A stretch of DNA of 61,479 bases, counting the filler. It is 5 parts of 5 records of this genome, joined end to end, with 100 filler letters (N's around TTAATTAATTAA, not from the genome) between each part and the next. Parts side by side here need not be neighbours in the genome. Positions count along the whole stretch, not along the records: positions 34,883 to 41,177 come from DRR723986_10643; positions 41,278 to 50,085 come from DRR723986_10644; positions 50,186 to 61,479 come from DRR723986_10647; 2 more parts are not named here. One strand, 5' to 3'. Below the pieces are notes generated by a model. It was not told the DNA's origin, did no database searches, and worked only from the letters and a program-made list of their open reading frames with translations. Shown piece after piece: positions 41,160 to 50,573 of the stretch (positions are counted from its first letter, which is position 1; every line of letters starts with the position of its first letter). The translations under genes were made by a program, and so were the position numbers.

Positions 41160-41177
41160 CAGCCGCCCCTCCCCCGA

Positions 41178-41277
41178 NNNNNNNNNNNNNNNNNNNNNNN
41201 NNNNNNNNNNNNNNNNNNNNNTTAATTAATTAANNNNNNNNNNNNNNNNNNNNNNNNNNNNNNNNNNNNNNNNNNNN
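41178..41277. other. Artificial contig linker
   Basis: N-run + TTAATTAATTAA + N-run. Confidence 0.99.
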
Positions 41278-41278
41278 G

Positions 41279-41842
41279 AGCCAGCAGGATGAAGGGGAGT
41301 TCTACGATGGCAAGGTGAAATACGCCACCCCTGACGACCTGGCTCTGCTGCTCGATGGTGCCCGTAAAGTGGTCATGGTGCCCGGATACGGCCTGGCGGT
41401 GGCTCAGGCACAGCATGCGGTGAAAGAACTCGCCAACCAGCTTGAGGGCCGTGGTGCCAAGGTCAGTTACGCGATTCATCCGGTGGCAGGCCGGATGCCA
41501 GGGCACATGAACGTGCTGCTGGCCGAAGCTGAAATCCCTTATGACCAGTTGAAAGACATGGACGCCATCAACCCGGAACTGCCGCAGGCGGATGTGGCCA
41601 TCGTGCTCGGCGCCAATGACGTGGTGAACCCGGCCGCCGCCGAAGACCCGAACTCGCCCATCTTCGGCATGCCCATACTGGACGTGCACAAGGCGAAAAC
41701 GGTGGTGGTGGTCAAGCGCAGCCTGTCCGCTGGCTTCGCCGGCATTCCCAACGGTCTGTTCATTCGCGACAACAGCCTGATGGTGAAGGGCGACGCCAAG
41801 GAAGTCCTGCAAGCCACCACCAGCGCGATCAAGGAACTCTGA
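41279..41842 (+). CDS. pntB: NAD(P) transhydrogenase beta subunit, 3' fragment
   Basis: VPGYGLAVAQAQH, IHPVAGRMPGHMNVLLAEA, GANDVVNP. Confidence 0.95.
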   Translation, partial: SQQDEGEFYDGKVKYATPDDLALLLDGARKVVMVPGYGLAVAQAQHAVKELANQLEGRGAKVSYAIHPVAGRMPGHMNVLLAEAEIPYDQLKDMDAINPELPQADVAIVLGANDVVNPAAAEDPNSPIFGMPILDVHKAKTVVVVKRSLSAGFAGIPNGLFIRDNSLMVKGDAKEVLQATTSAIKEL

Positions 41843-42514
41843 TCAGCCGTCCTCAAGGATGAGGACCACCAGCTCCTTGGGGCCATGGGCCCCATAGGCA
41901 AGCACCTGCTCGATGTCCGCCGTCTTGGACGGACCAGAGACCAGCAACAGGTTCGTGGGCAGACCCGCGGACCAGTTGTGCTTCTGCATCATCCCATACA
42001 GGTTGTCTTCCACCTCACTCGCCTTGAGCAACGCGATATGCAACGGCGGCAGAAGACTCATCAGCCGCGGTTCGTGACGATCCGGCCACAGTACCAGTGA
42101 ACCGGTGGCAGCAATCCCGCCCACCGTGCCCGTCACGCTGGCATCCACCTGCCAGAACAGTTCCTCTTTCCATTCCTCAATGGGGCGGTCATAGACCAAC
42201 AGCTCCAGTCTGGGCTCCGCACGCTGCCAGTGCTCCGCCAGCTGCTTGCCGTGCTCGGTACCCGGGGCATAAAGCACATTCTTCAGGCCGCGGCTCTCCA
42301 GCAATTCCTGAACCTTTGAGGGCCATTGCTCGGTCGTCAACTGGTGGATTTCGGTGTGCACCGCTTCCATCAGGGAGCGCAGTCGGGTAATCCGGTCCTC
42401 CGGCGCATACTGCCAGGGGCGGGTCACCAGAGCCTCATCGAAATCGTCCTGCCGGGGCGTGGTGCCGGCCAGACCGGCACGGAGCTTGTTGAGAATATTG
42501 CTGCGGGCACTCAT
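41843..42514 (-). CDS. lutC: Lactate utilisation protein C (LutC/LldG)
   Basis: RLMSLLPP, SGPSKTADIEQVLAYGAHGP. Confidence 0.93.
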   Translation of the reverse strand: MSARSNILNKLRAGLAGTTPRQDDFDEALVTRPWQYAPEDRITRLRSLMEAVHTEIHQLTTEQWPSKVQELLESRGLKNVLYAPGTEHGKQLAEHWQRAEPRLELLVYDRPIEEWKEELFWQVDASVTGTVGGIAATGSLVLWPDRHEPRLMSLLPPLHIALLKASEVEDNLYGMMQKHNWSAGLPTNLLLVSGPSKTADIEQVLAYGAHGPKELVVLILEDG

Positions 42515-43956
42515 CACCGGTCTCCCTGATTCAAATGGGCTTTGGCCAGATCATGCAAAGACCGCCGGGCCGGTACCGGCGCCGAGTGGTTCTCGGTCCA
42601 GGGGCCGACGTTTTTCGGTGCCAGTTTGCCAAAACGGGTCGCGCCCCATAGGAACAGGCGGTAAAACACCGGCGACGTATTCAGGCTGGCCCAGAAGCGC
42701 CAGATTGCCCGCTCCTTGCGGGAATACTTGGCGCCGCCATCTTTAACTTTCGGCTGTTCGGCGGGGCTTTTCACGTTTTCCTGACGCAAGCGCTGCAGCA
42801 TTTCCGGGATCGGAATCTTCACCGGACACACTTCGCCACAGGCGCCACACAATGAGGACGCGCTGGGATGATCCGGTACCTTGTGCAGGCCAACCATATG
42901 CGGCGTAATAATCTTGCCGATCGGCCCCGGATACACTTCACCGTAGGTGTGGCCACCCACACGGGTATAGACCGGGCAGTGGTTCATGCACGCACCGCAG
43001 CGGATACAGTTCAACGTCTGGCGCAGTTGGGCATCGGCGAAAGCGCCGCTGCGGCCATTGTCCAGCAGCACCAGATGCACTTCTTCCGGACCATCCAGCT
43101 CATCCGCCTTACGCGGGCCGGAAATCATGTTCACGTAAGTGGTGATCGGCTGGCCCAATGCGGAGCGGGTGAGCAGCGACAACAGAGGCACCACGTCCCT
43201 CAGGTTCTCCACCACTTTTTCGATACCGGTAACAGCAATGTGCACCGGTGGCGCCGTGGTACTCATGCGGCCATTGCCTTCGTTTTCCACCAGCAGCAAG
43301 GTACCGGTTTCGGCAATGGCGAAGTTCACGCCGGAGACCCCGACATCCGCTTCAAGGAATTTCTGGCGCAGGGTGCGGCGACCAATCTGGATCAGTTCGT
43401 TCACATCCTCGGTCTCATCCACGCCCAGTTTGTCGTGGAACAGTCTGGAGACCTGAAAGCGGTTCTTGTGAATCGCGGGCATGATGATGTGGGAGGGCTT
43501 TTCACCATCCAGTTGGACGATATACTCGCCCATGTCCGACTCCAGGCACTCGATGTGGCGTTCGGCCAGGTAGTCGTTCATTTCCATTTCTTCGCTGACC
43601 ATGGATTTACCCTTCACCACCTGAGAACCCTGCTTCGCCTCAATGATGGAGTGCACAATCCGGTTGGCCTCTTCGGTAGTCTCCGCCCAGTGGACCTTGA
43701 CACCGTTTGCGGTCAGCCTGGTTTCCAGTTGTTCAAGCAAATCCGGCAACCGGGACAGCGCCCGGGCCTTGATGTGGTTGCCGAGTTCCCGCAGGCCCTC
43801 ACGCTCTTCCTCGTCCGGAAAGGCATCGGCCCGCTTTTTCATCAGCGAGTCCATGGCGACGCGGAAGTTGGTGCGCAGCTGGTCGTCGGCCAGGGCGCCC
43901 ACCGCGCGGCCACGGAAGCTGTCGGTGAGTTCTTTTACCGGTATACGCTGGCTCAT
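42514..43956 (-). CDS. lutB: Lactate utilisation Fe-S protein B (LutB/LldF)
   Basis: KGKSMVSEE, PSHIIMPAIH, CIRCGACMNHCP. Confidence 0.95.
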   Translation of the reverse strand: MSQRIPVKELTDSFRGRAVGALADDQLRTNFRVAMDSLMKKRADAFPDEEEREGLRELGNHIKARALSRLPDLLEQLETRLTANGVKVHWAETTEEANRIVHSIIEAKQGSQVVKGKSMVSEEMEMNDYLAERHIECLESDMGEYIVQLDGEKPSHIIMPAIHKNRFQVSRLFHDKLGVDETEDVNELIQIGRRTLRQKFLEADVGVSGVNFAIAETGTLLLVENEGNGRMSTTAPPVHIAVTGIEKVVENLRDVVPLLSLLTRSALGQPITTYVNMISGPRKADELDGPEEVHLVLLDNGRSGAFADAQLRQTLNCIRCGACMNHCPVYTRVGGHTYGEVYPGPIGKIITPHMVGLHKVPDHPSASSLCGACGEVCPVKIPIPEMLQRLRQENVKSPAEQPKVKDGGAKYSRKERAIWRFWASLNTSPVFYRLFLWGATRFGKLAPKNVGPWTENHSAPVPARRSLHDLAKAHLNQGDR

Positions 43957-44780
43957 GATTTCACCTCTCCACTCACCCGCTCCCAAAGAAAGCTGGCCAG
44001 ATGCCGGCCCCGGAACGTCTGTTTCTGTTTTTCCAGGGAGCCGTTGATGTTGAGCAGGCAGCCGCCATCAGCGGTTACCATTTCCGCTGCACCGGATTCC
44101 CGCAACGAACGGGTTTTGTCGAGCACCATGGCCCCGGACACTTCCGGCATGCGCACGGAGAAGGTGCCACCAAAGCCGCAGCATTCGCTTTCATGATCGT
44201 GGTCCAGCCGCTCGACATTCGCCAGCTTGCCCAGCAACTCCCGCGCGTGCAGGTGGGTGTTCATTTCCCTGCGGGCGGAACAGGAGGTGTGCAAGGCAAT
44301 CTGTGTGGGCTGGCCGAGATCCTGCCAGTCCACCTTGCATACATGCAGCAGAAACTCGGTCAGCTCGAACGTTCGTTCAGCCAGATCTTCCACACGTTTA
44401 AGGGTATCTGGTTCTTCTGCAAAGACTTCCCGGTAATGCTGTCGGAACATACCGGCACAGGATCCGGACGGCACCACCACCGGCAAGCCGTTGTCGAGTA
44501 AATTGAGCTGTGCCCGCGCCACCTCCCGGGCCTCGTTCACGTAGCCGGAGGTCCAGGCCGGCTGACCGCAGCAGGATTGTTCGTCTGGAAAATGCACGCG
44601 AATGCCTTCCCGTTCCAGCAGGCGGATAGCATCCAGCCCGGCCTCGGGAAAGAACAAATCCACCACGCAGGTGCCGAACAAAGTGACCTCGGCCGGCTTG
44701 GCCGGATACGTTCGTGGCCTGGGGCGCTCAGGAGCCACGCGGGTGGCATTGGGGGCGGCGTCGTAAAACAGCTCACTCAT
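43953..44780 (-). CDS. lutA: Lactate utilisation protein A (LutA/LldE, CCG domains)
   Basis: QSCCGQP, PSGSC, ECCGFGGTF. Confidence 0.95.
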   Translation of the reverse strand: MSELFYDAAPNATRVAPERPRPRTYPAKPAEVTLFGTCVVDLFFPEAGLDAIRLLEREGIRVHFPDEQSCCGQPAWTSGYVNEAREVARAQLNLLDNGLPVVVPSGSCAGMFRQHYREVFAEEPDTLKRVEDLAERTFELTEFLLHVCKVDWQDLGQPTQIALHTSCSARREMNTHLHARELLGKLANVERLDHDHESECCGFGGTFSVRMPEVSGAMVLDKTRSLRESGAAEMVTADGGCLLNINGSLEKQKQTFRGRHLASFLWERVSGEVKS

Positions 44781-44843
44781 CAGTCATTGCCTCCGGGCGG
44801 TCCGGCCAGCAGCCGGCCACCCGTTGTGGTTATCCCAGTGTTT

Positions 44844-46535
44844 TCAGTTCAGTAACGGGTCCGTCAGCCCCAGGCCGTAGGCGGCCAGCAGCGCAATCGA
44901 ACCGGTCATCACCAGGTAGTATAGGGTCGGCCACACCGTCTTGCGCAGTGTCTGACCTTCCCGGCCGAGCAACCCGACCGTGGCAGAAGCCGCCACCACG
45001 TTATGGATGGCCACCATATTACCAGCCGCGGCACCCACGGCCTGCACGGCCACCATCAGGGCGGTAGACAGACCAAGGCTCTCGGCAACGCCAAACTGGA
45101 ACTGGCTGAACATCATGTTGGAGACGGTATTGGAACCGGCCAGGAACGCGCCGAGTGCACCGACCGTGGGGGCCAGCAGCGGGTATATGCCGCCAACCGC
45201 ATCGGCAGCCCAGGTGGCCATGGCCAGCGGCATGCTGGGCAGGTCCGACAGGTTCACGCCGGAGTTGATCAGTATCCGCACCATGGGCACGGTGAACAGC
45301 AGTACAAAACCGGCACTGAGCAATACGCCACCGGATTCTTTCACCGCCGAATTCAGCGCTTTCAGGTTCATCCGGTGAATGAAGAAGGTCGCCAGCACCA
45401 CCATTACCAGAATACCGCCCGGCAGATAAAGTGGCTGGATACCGGCGTTGATGCCGGCCTCGCCCAGGATATTGGAAAACGACACGCCAACGCTGGTGAA
45501 GGCTTGTTTGATCGGCTCAACGGTGCGGCTCAGAACCAGTACCACGCCAACCAGCACGTAGGGCACCCAGGCCCGGAAACCACTCATCGGCTTGGCAGCG
45601 ATGTCTTCCAGCTTCATCTCGATGCTGCCCAACCACTCAGTGGGCCAGTCTTTGCTGTCGGCAAAATCCCAGGTGCGTTTCGGAATCAGGAAGCCCTTTT
45701 TGGCAGCGGTGGTCACAATCGCCAGGCCAATCAGGCCGCCCAGCAGAGACGGGAATTCCGGCCCCAGGATCACACCAGTCAGGGCGTAGGGCACGACAAA
45801 CGCGATGCCGGCAAACAACGCAAATGGCAGGACCTCCAGCCCTTCTTTCCAGCTTTTATTCCTGCCGAAGAAGCGGGTCATCATGGTCACCATCAGCACC
45901 GGCATGACCACACCGACAATGGCGTGGGTGATGGCCACTTCCGAGGTGATCAGTTGCAGGTAGGTTTCCCAGTTGGAGCCCAGGGCTTCCAGTCGCTCGG
46001 TAATGCTGGCCCGATCCAGCCCCGTTGTCACCCCCACCACAATCGGGGTGCCCACGGCACCAAAGGATACCGGCGTGCTCTGCACCATCATGCCCAGCAT
46101 GACCGCGGCCATGGCAGGAAAGCCCACCGCAACCAGCAAGGGCGCGGCGATGGCCGCCGGTGTACCGAAGCCAGACGCACCTTCAATAAAGCTGCCGAAC
46201 AGCCAGACAATGATGATGGCCTGAATACGGCGATCCGGGGTGATGTTGGTAAAGCCAGCCCGAATCGTGGTGATGGCACCGGAATGTTTCAGGGTGTTCA
46301 GCAGCAATATCGCGCCGAAGATGATCCAAAGCAGGCCAATCGTAATCACCAGCCCTTGCAGAGTGGAGGCGAGGATACGGTTCAGGGTCATATCCCAGGC
46401 GCCGTAGCCGATCAGCGCGGTGACCAGAAATACCACGGGCATGGCATGGCGGGCGGGCCAACGCATGCCAATCAGCAGCACTCCAGCCAGAAGAATGGGC
46501 GTAAACGCCAACAGGGCGAGCAATCCGGACGACAT
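44844..46535 (-). CDS. lldP: L-lactate permease
   Basis: [34 protein letters not shown]. Confidence 0.95.
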   Translation of the reverse strand: MSSGLLALLAFTPILLAGVLLIGMRWPARHAMPVVFLVTALIGYGAWDMTLNRILASTLQGLVITIGLLWIIFGAILLLNTLKHSGAITTIRAGFTNITPDRRIQAIIIVWLFGSFIEGASGFGTPAAIAAPLLVAVGFPAMAAVMLGMMVQSTPVSFGAVGTPIVVGVTTGLDRASITERLEALGSNWETYLQLITSEVAITHAIVGVVMPVLMVTMMTRFFGRNKSWKEGLEVLPFALFAGIAFVVPYALTGVILGPEFPSLLGGLIGLAIVTTAAKKGFLIPKRTWDFADSKDWPTEWLGSIEMKLEDIAAKPMSGFRAWVPYVLVGVVLVLSRTVEPIKQAFTSVGVSFSNILGEAGINAGIQPLYLPGGILVMVVLATFFIHRMNLKALNSAVKESGGVLLSAGFVLLFTVPMVRILINSGVNLSDLPSMPLAMATWAADAVGGIYPLLAPTVGALGAFLAGSNTVSNMMFSQFQFGVAESLGLSTALMVAVQAVGAAAGNMVAIHNVVAASATVGLLGREGQTLRKTVWPTLYYLVMTGSIALLAAYGLGLTDPLLN

Positions 46536-46576
46536 TATCTTCTCCAGGGTCTTGTTGTTGGATTCTGTTTTTGGAT

Positions 46577-46593
46577 AATTGGTAATACCAATT
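46577..46593. promoter_or_regulatory. LldR/PdhR-type operator upstream of lldP
   Basis: AATTGGT-aat-ACCAATT perfect palindrome. Confidence 0.88.
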
Positions 46594-46715
46594 TACAAAC
46601 CTGTGCCGAGTACGTTATTTGAGCAGGCCTTGTGGTGTCAAAACCGCCCACTCATACATTCGTCGTATTGCTTTGAAGTTTTGTTGTAAAAACAAGCGTA
46701 GACGCAGGTAAGATT

Positions 46716-46732
46716 TATTGGTATGACCAATT
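46716..46732. promoter_or_regulatory. Second LldR/PdhR-type operator upstream of the regulator
   Basis: TATTGGT-atg-ACCAATT. Confidence 0.85.
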
Positions 46733-46755
46733 TTTAGACACACAAGTGAGGCCTC

Positions 46756-47541
46756 ATGCCCATCAATCAGATTGCTCCCAAGCGGCTGGCCGACACCATT
46801 GTCGAGCAGCTGGAGACCATGATTCTGGAAGGAACCCTGGAGCCGGGGCAGCGCCTGCCGCCGGAACGGGTGCTGGCGGAGCAATTCGGCGTATCCCGCC
46901 CGTCACTCAGAGAAGCCGTGCAGCGCCTGGCGGCCAAAGGCCTGCTGAAAAGCCGCCAGGGCGGCGGCAATTACGTGGCGGAGAATCTGGGAACCAGTTT
47001 CAGCGACCCACTCATTCCGCTGTTGGAAAAGCACCCGGAAGCGCACCGGGATTTGCTCGAGTTCCGTCGCACGCTGGAGGGCGACTGTGCCTACTATGCC
47101 GCCCTGCGCGCCACAGAAGTGGATCTGGTCCGACTGGGCAAAGCCTGGGAAGAACTCCACGCCTGCTACCAGAATTCCACTGCCCACAATCTGGAAGAAG
47201 AAGGCGCCGCCGATGCCCGCTTCCATATGGCCATTGCTGAAGCCAGCCACAACGTGGTGCTGCTGCACACCATGCGCAACCTGTTCAGCATGCTCAAGAA
47301 CAACATTGTCACCAACATCGGCGGCATGTATTCCCGCGAGGTTCAGACCCGCCAGGGCCTGATGGACCAACACCAGAAACTGTATAACGCCATCGTTGAA
47401 GGCCGGGAAGAAGACGCCCGGGCCATCGCCGGGGAGCACATTCAGTTTGTACAGCAAACCATATCGGAGCGCAGTGAAACCGCGCGGCGGCGTGAACGGG
47501 CGTTGAGAAGGGAGGGAGCCGGTGAACACCGGGTTCCATAA
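46756..47541 (+). CDS. GntR/FadR-family regulator of the lactate operon (LldR/GlcC-like)
   Basis: LPPERVLAEQFGVSRPSLREA, FHMAIAEASHN; divergent from lldP. Confidence 0.92.
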   Translation: MPINQIAPKRLADTIVEQLETMILEGTLEPGQRLPPERVLAEQFGVSRPSLREAVQRLAAKGLLKSRQGGGNYVAENLGTSFSDPLIPLLEKHPEAHRDLLEFRRTLEGDCAYYAALRATEVDLVRLGKAWEELHACYQNSTAHNLEEEGAADARFHMAIAEASHNVVLLHTMRNLFSMLKNNIVTNIGGMYSREVQTRQGLMDQHQKLYNAIVEGREEDARAIAGEHIQFVQQTISERSETARRRERALRREGAGEHRVP

Positions 47542-47563
47542 AAAAGCCGGGGCAAGCCCCGGC
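47540..47563 (-). terminator. Intrinsic terminator for the minus-strand methyltransferase transcript
   Basis: GCCGGGG-caag-CCCCGGC preceded by an A-run (T-run on the minus strand). Confidence 0.7.
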
Positions 47564-47656
47564 ATAAGCAATCACACGATGCATCAACACAATGCATGTC
47601 GTCCTGATGAGTCTTCACACTAACCGGAATACGTGACGGTTGTGTGACAAGGCAGG

Positions 47657-48415
47657 TTAGTCCGGCAATTTCTCCCAGATCGTGAGTTCCGAAAAACTGT
47701 GCTGGAATTTGTTGCGGGTCTCCCGGATCACAAAGGGCAGGCTTCGGGGCTCCGCCAGTAACCGAAAACGGGGGGACAAAGCCGCCTTGAGACCATCCAG
47801 GGTGGTAAATGGCTCATCATCTTTCAGGAAACCACCGAGCCAGTCCTGCCTGGGCGTGTACTCCTCTAACCAGGTATAAGGTGAAGCAATCACCAGCAGG
47901 CCCAGCGCATTGATGCGCTCATGGATGTGCTCCAGAAACAGGGAGGGCTTGTACAGACGATCAATCAGATTGCCGGCCAGCACCAGATCGTAGTCCCGGT
48001 AATCGGCACCAAGGTTGCAGGCATCGCCCTGATGGAAAGCCACGTGGCGGGCAGCCTCGGTCAGACCCAGGGCCGCCAGTGATCGCTCCTGATAGCTGAC
48101 CAGTTCCCCCTCTTCCGGCCGGGCATACCGGGCAACTCCCTCCCGCACCACCTCACGGCACTTGCCGATAAAGGTTTCGGAATAATCGACCCCATCGACA
48201 TGATCAAACTGGCGGGCCAGCTCCAGCGAGGTACGCCCTACCGCGCATCCGATATCCAGCGCCCGGCAGGTAGCGCGGCCGTCCAGCGCCTCAAGCGCGG
48301 CATCGGCCAGTTCTTTCGGAAAATTGGCTTCACCGTGCCAGCTTTCACCGAAGTGAAATTCCAGATACTGGGCAAGGGTGGTGTTGCTCTCGTAGTAGCC
48401 GGACGGCTCATTCAT
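47657..48415 (-). CDS. Stand-alone methyltransferase homologous to the OvoA C-terminal (mercaptohistidine N-methyltransferase) domain
   Basis: YYES...QYLEFHFG, ALDIGCAVGR, EEGEL, QGDACNL, NLIDRLY, SPYTWLEEYTP..DWLGG, PFVIRET..KFQH; GGAG RBS before ATG 48415. Confidence 0.85.
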   Translation of the reverse strand: MNEPSGYYESNTTLAQYLEFHFGESWHGEANFPKELADAALEALDGRATCRALDIGCAVGRTSLELARQFDHVDGVDYSETFIGKCREVVREGVARYARPEEGELVSYQERSLAALGLTEAARHVAFHQGDACNLGADYRDYDLVLAGNLIDRLYKPSLFLEHIHERINALGLLVIASPYTWLEEYTPRQDWLGGFLKDDEPFTTLDGLKAALSPRFRLLAEPRSLPFVIRETRNKFQHSFSELTIWEKLPD

Positions 48416-49589
48416 GATTGTCTCCTGGCGACGACAGGCCTTTCCCTTGTTCCGTCGGCCTTGGGTAAAACGGTTGCACCAACGGGGCAAGCCCTTTGGC
48501 ATCATCTATGAACAGTTGCAGGTGCGGGAAAGGTATTTCAATGTTCGCGTCGTCCAAGGCTTCCTTAATCTTCTCAAGCACATCAGCCATAATTCTGGGC
48601 TGAACCTCCAGATTGTCCGGCGTAATCCAGATCTTGACCTCCAGATCGACTGAAGAGTTGCCCAGAGTCTTGACCACCACTCGCGGCTCCATACCCGGCC
48701 CCTGCAAGACTTCAGAGTGCGCCAGCAGAACCGGCATAATCACGTCCCGGGCTGCCTTGGCAGACTCCTTATAGGCAATGCCAACCGGAATGTTCAGGCG
48801 CGTCGCCCCTTCGGCGCTGTAATTGATGATCTCCGAGGACGCCACGTTATCGTTCGGGATCATGGTAAAGATATTGTCCCGGGTACGCAGCCAGGTGGTC
48901 CGCAGGGCGATCTTCACCACCTTACCATCCTGGCCGTTGATGGTGACCCAATCGCCAATCCGGAAGGGGCGCTCAATCAGCAACGTAATACCCGCAATAA
49001 AGTTCGACAGCGTGGACTGGGCCGCAAACCCGACGGCAATCCCCACGATCCCCAGACCCGCGACGATGGAGACCACATCGAAACCGAACTGGGACAGCAC
49101 CGTAACGGCCGCGAAGGTAACGGTGAGCACCGAGAACAGATTCTCGACCAATTGGCGGATGGAGGGTTCCAGACGGTAGCGATTCATCGTCTCCCGCAGC
49201 AGACGACCAATCGCCAGCCAGCCCACAAAAAAGCCCAACGCCATCAGGCCCGCCCTGGCCATGCCCTTCAACAGCTCCGGCGAGGCCTCGAATTGCGCCA
49301 TAATCACCAGCAATCCGCCCAGCCCGAACAGATAACGGATGCCAGTGCGCAACTGACCAAACCAGGGCTTCGAGCTGCGTCGGCTGCCAACGACAAGGCG
49401 TATCAGGCTGATCAGAATGCCATAGACCAGCAACAGAATGCCGAGGTAGATCACCGAAATCAGCAGTTGACTGAGAACATGTCCGGCCAGGGCCACCCAA
49501 TCGGTCTGTCCGCCAGCGAGAGCGTCCAGGGTAGCCGAGAGATTCTGTGCTATCTGGCTTCGTACGGATTCAAACAGGGCTTCTGCCAT
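48408..49589 (-). CDS. Small-conductance mechanosensitive channel (MscS family)
   Basis: GIAVGFAAQSTLSNFIAG, RPFRIGD, IPN, IEIPFP. Confidence 0.93.
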   Translation of the reverse strand: MAEALFESVRSQIAQNLSATLDALAGGQTDWVALAGHVLSQLLISVIYLGILLLVYGILISLIRLVVGSRRSSKPWFGQLRTGIRYLFGLGGLLVIMAQFEASPELLKGMARAGLMALGFFVGWLAIGRLLRETMNRYRLEPSIRQLVENLFSVLTVTFAAVTVLSQFGFDVVSIVAGLGIVGIAVGFAAQSTLSNFIAGITLLIERPFRIGDWVTINGQDGKVVKIALRTTWLRTRDNIFTMIPNDNVASSEIINYSAEGATRLNIPVGIAYKESAKAARDVIMPVLLAHSEVLQGPGMEPRVVVKTLGNSSVDLEVKIWITPDNLEVQPRIMADVLEKIKEALDDANIEIPFPHLQLFIDDAKGLAPLVQPFYPRPTEQGKGLSSPGDNHE

Positions 49590-49682
49590 AGGGCATCCTT
49601 TTCCAAACACTGCATACTACACCCGGAGCGGTGAACAACCTTTGCCTTCAGAATAGACTGCTATCCGCAAACCGGCCGGGGA

Positions 49683-50085
49683 TTACAGAACCGATTCCAG
49701 GGCCTGAATCAACCGGGCATCCTCGGGGCGCACCTGGCTCGGGAAACGGGCCGTCACCTTACCGTCACCATCGATCACATACTTGGTGAAGTTCCAGCGT
49801 GGCGGCTGGCTCTGGCGATTGATTTCCTGAAACACCGGATTGGCCTGCTCACCGGTCACTGCGCTCGGCGCGATCATGGTAAAACTCACGCCAAAGTTCA
49901 CAAAACAGACCTTCGCGGCCTCTTCTTCGGAATCCGCCTCTTGCCGGAAGTCATCACTGGCAAATCCCACGACCATCAGCCCCCGATCCTTGTACCGCTG
50001 GTGCAGGGCCTCCAGGCCTTCAAACTGACCGGTATAACCACAACGGCTGGCTGTGTTCACCACCAGCATCGGCTTGCCAGCAGCC
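49683..50085 (-). CDS. Glutathione peroxidase family protein, 5'-truncated
   Basis: VVNTASRCGYT (Cys codon TGT), FRQE, PRWNFTKY. Confidence 0.92.
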
Positions 50086-50185
50086 NNNNNNNNNNNNNNN
50101 NNNNNNNNNNNNNNNNNNNNNNNNNNNNNTTAATTAATTAANNNNNNNNNNNNNNNNNNNNNNNNNNNNNNNNNNNNNNNNNNNN
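50086..50185. other. Artificial contig linker
   Basis: N-run + TTAATTAATTAA + N-run. Confidence 0.99.
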
Positions 50186-50186
50186 T

Positions 50187-50567
50187 CTGCCGGGGCGGAT
50201 GAACCACCGGATGCCGCCGGATGGAACGCTGGAAGAAAAGTTTGCGTTGCGCCACCCGGTTAAATTGACCGAGGGCGGAGTGTTTCATCAGGTGTTTGGG
50301 GCCCCCGAAGTGATGACCAACACATTGCACGGGCAGGGGATCAAACGGGCCGGGTCACGGATTGTGATTGATGGATTTGCACCCGATGGTACGCCTGAGG
50401 CGATATATGTGAAAGACGCGCCCGGCTTTACCTTGTCGGTTCAGTGGCACCCGGAATGGGACGCTGCAAATGACCCAGTGTCGCGCCCTTTGTTCGAGCG
50501 ATTTGGCCAAGCCGCGCATGGGTGGCAAGCCCGTAAAACACCACAAACATTCCAGAAATCAGCTTAA
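50187..50567 (+). CDS. Gamma-glutamyl-gamma-aminobutyrate hydrolase family (peptidase C26), 3' fragment
   Basis: NTLHGQGI, APDGTPEA, VQWHPE. Confidence 0.85.
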   Translation: MPGRMNHRMPPDGTLEEKFALRHPVKLTEGGVFHQVFGAPEVMTNTLHGQGIKRAGSRIVIDGFAPDGTPEAIYVKDAPGFTLSVQWHPEWDAANDPVSRPLFERFGQAAHGWQARKTPQTFQKSA

Positions 50568-50573
50568 ACGGGA

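Noticed and set aside
42868-46622. Long plus-strand ORFs (442 aa and 539 aa)
   Set aside because: Antisense shadows of lutAB and lldP in GC-rich DNA; no recognisable motifs
49683-50085. Selenocysteine in the glutathione peroxidase
   Set aside because: Active-site codon is TGT (Cys)
10463-50185. Four TTAATTAATTAA motifs within N-runs
   Set aside because: Synthetic contig linkers, not biological repeats
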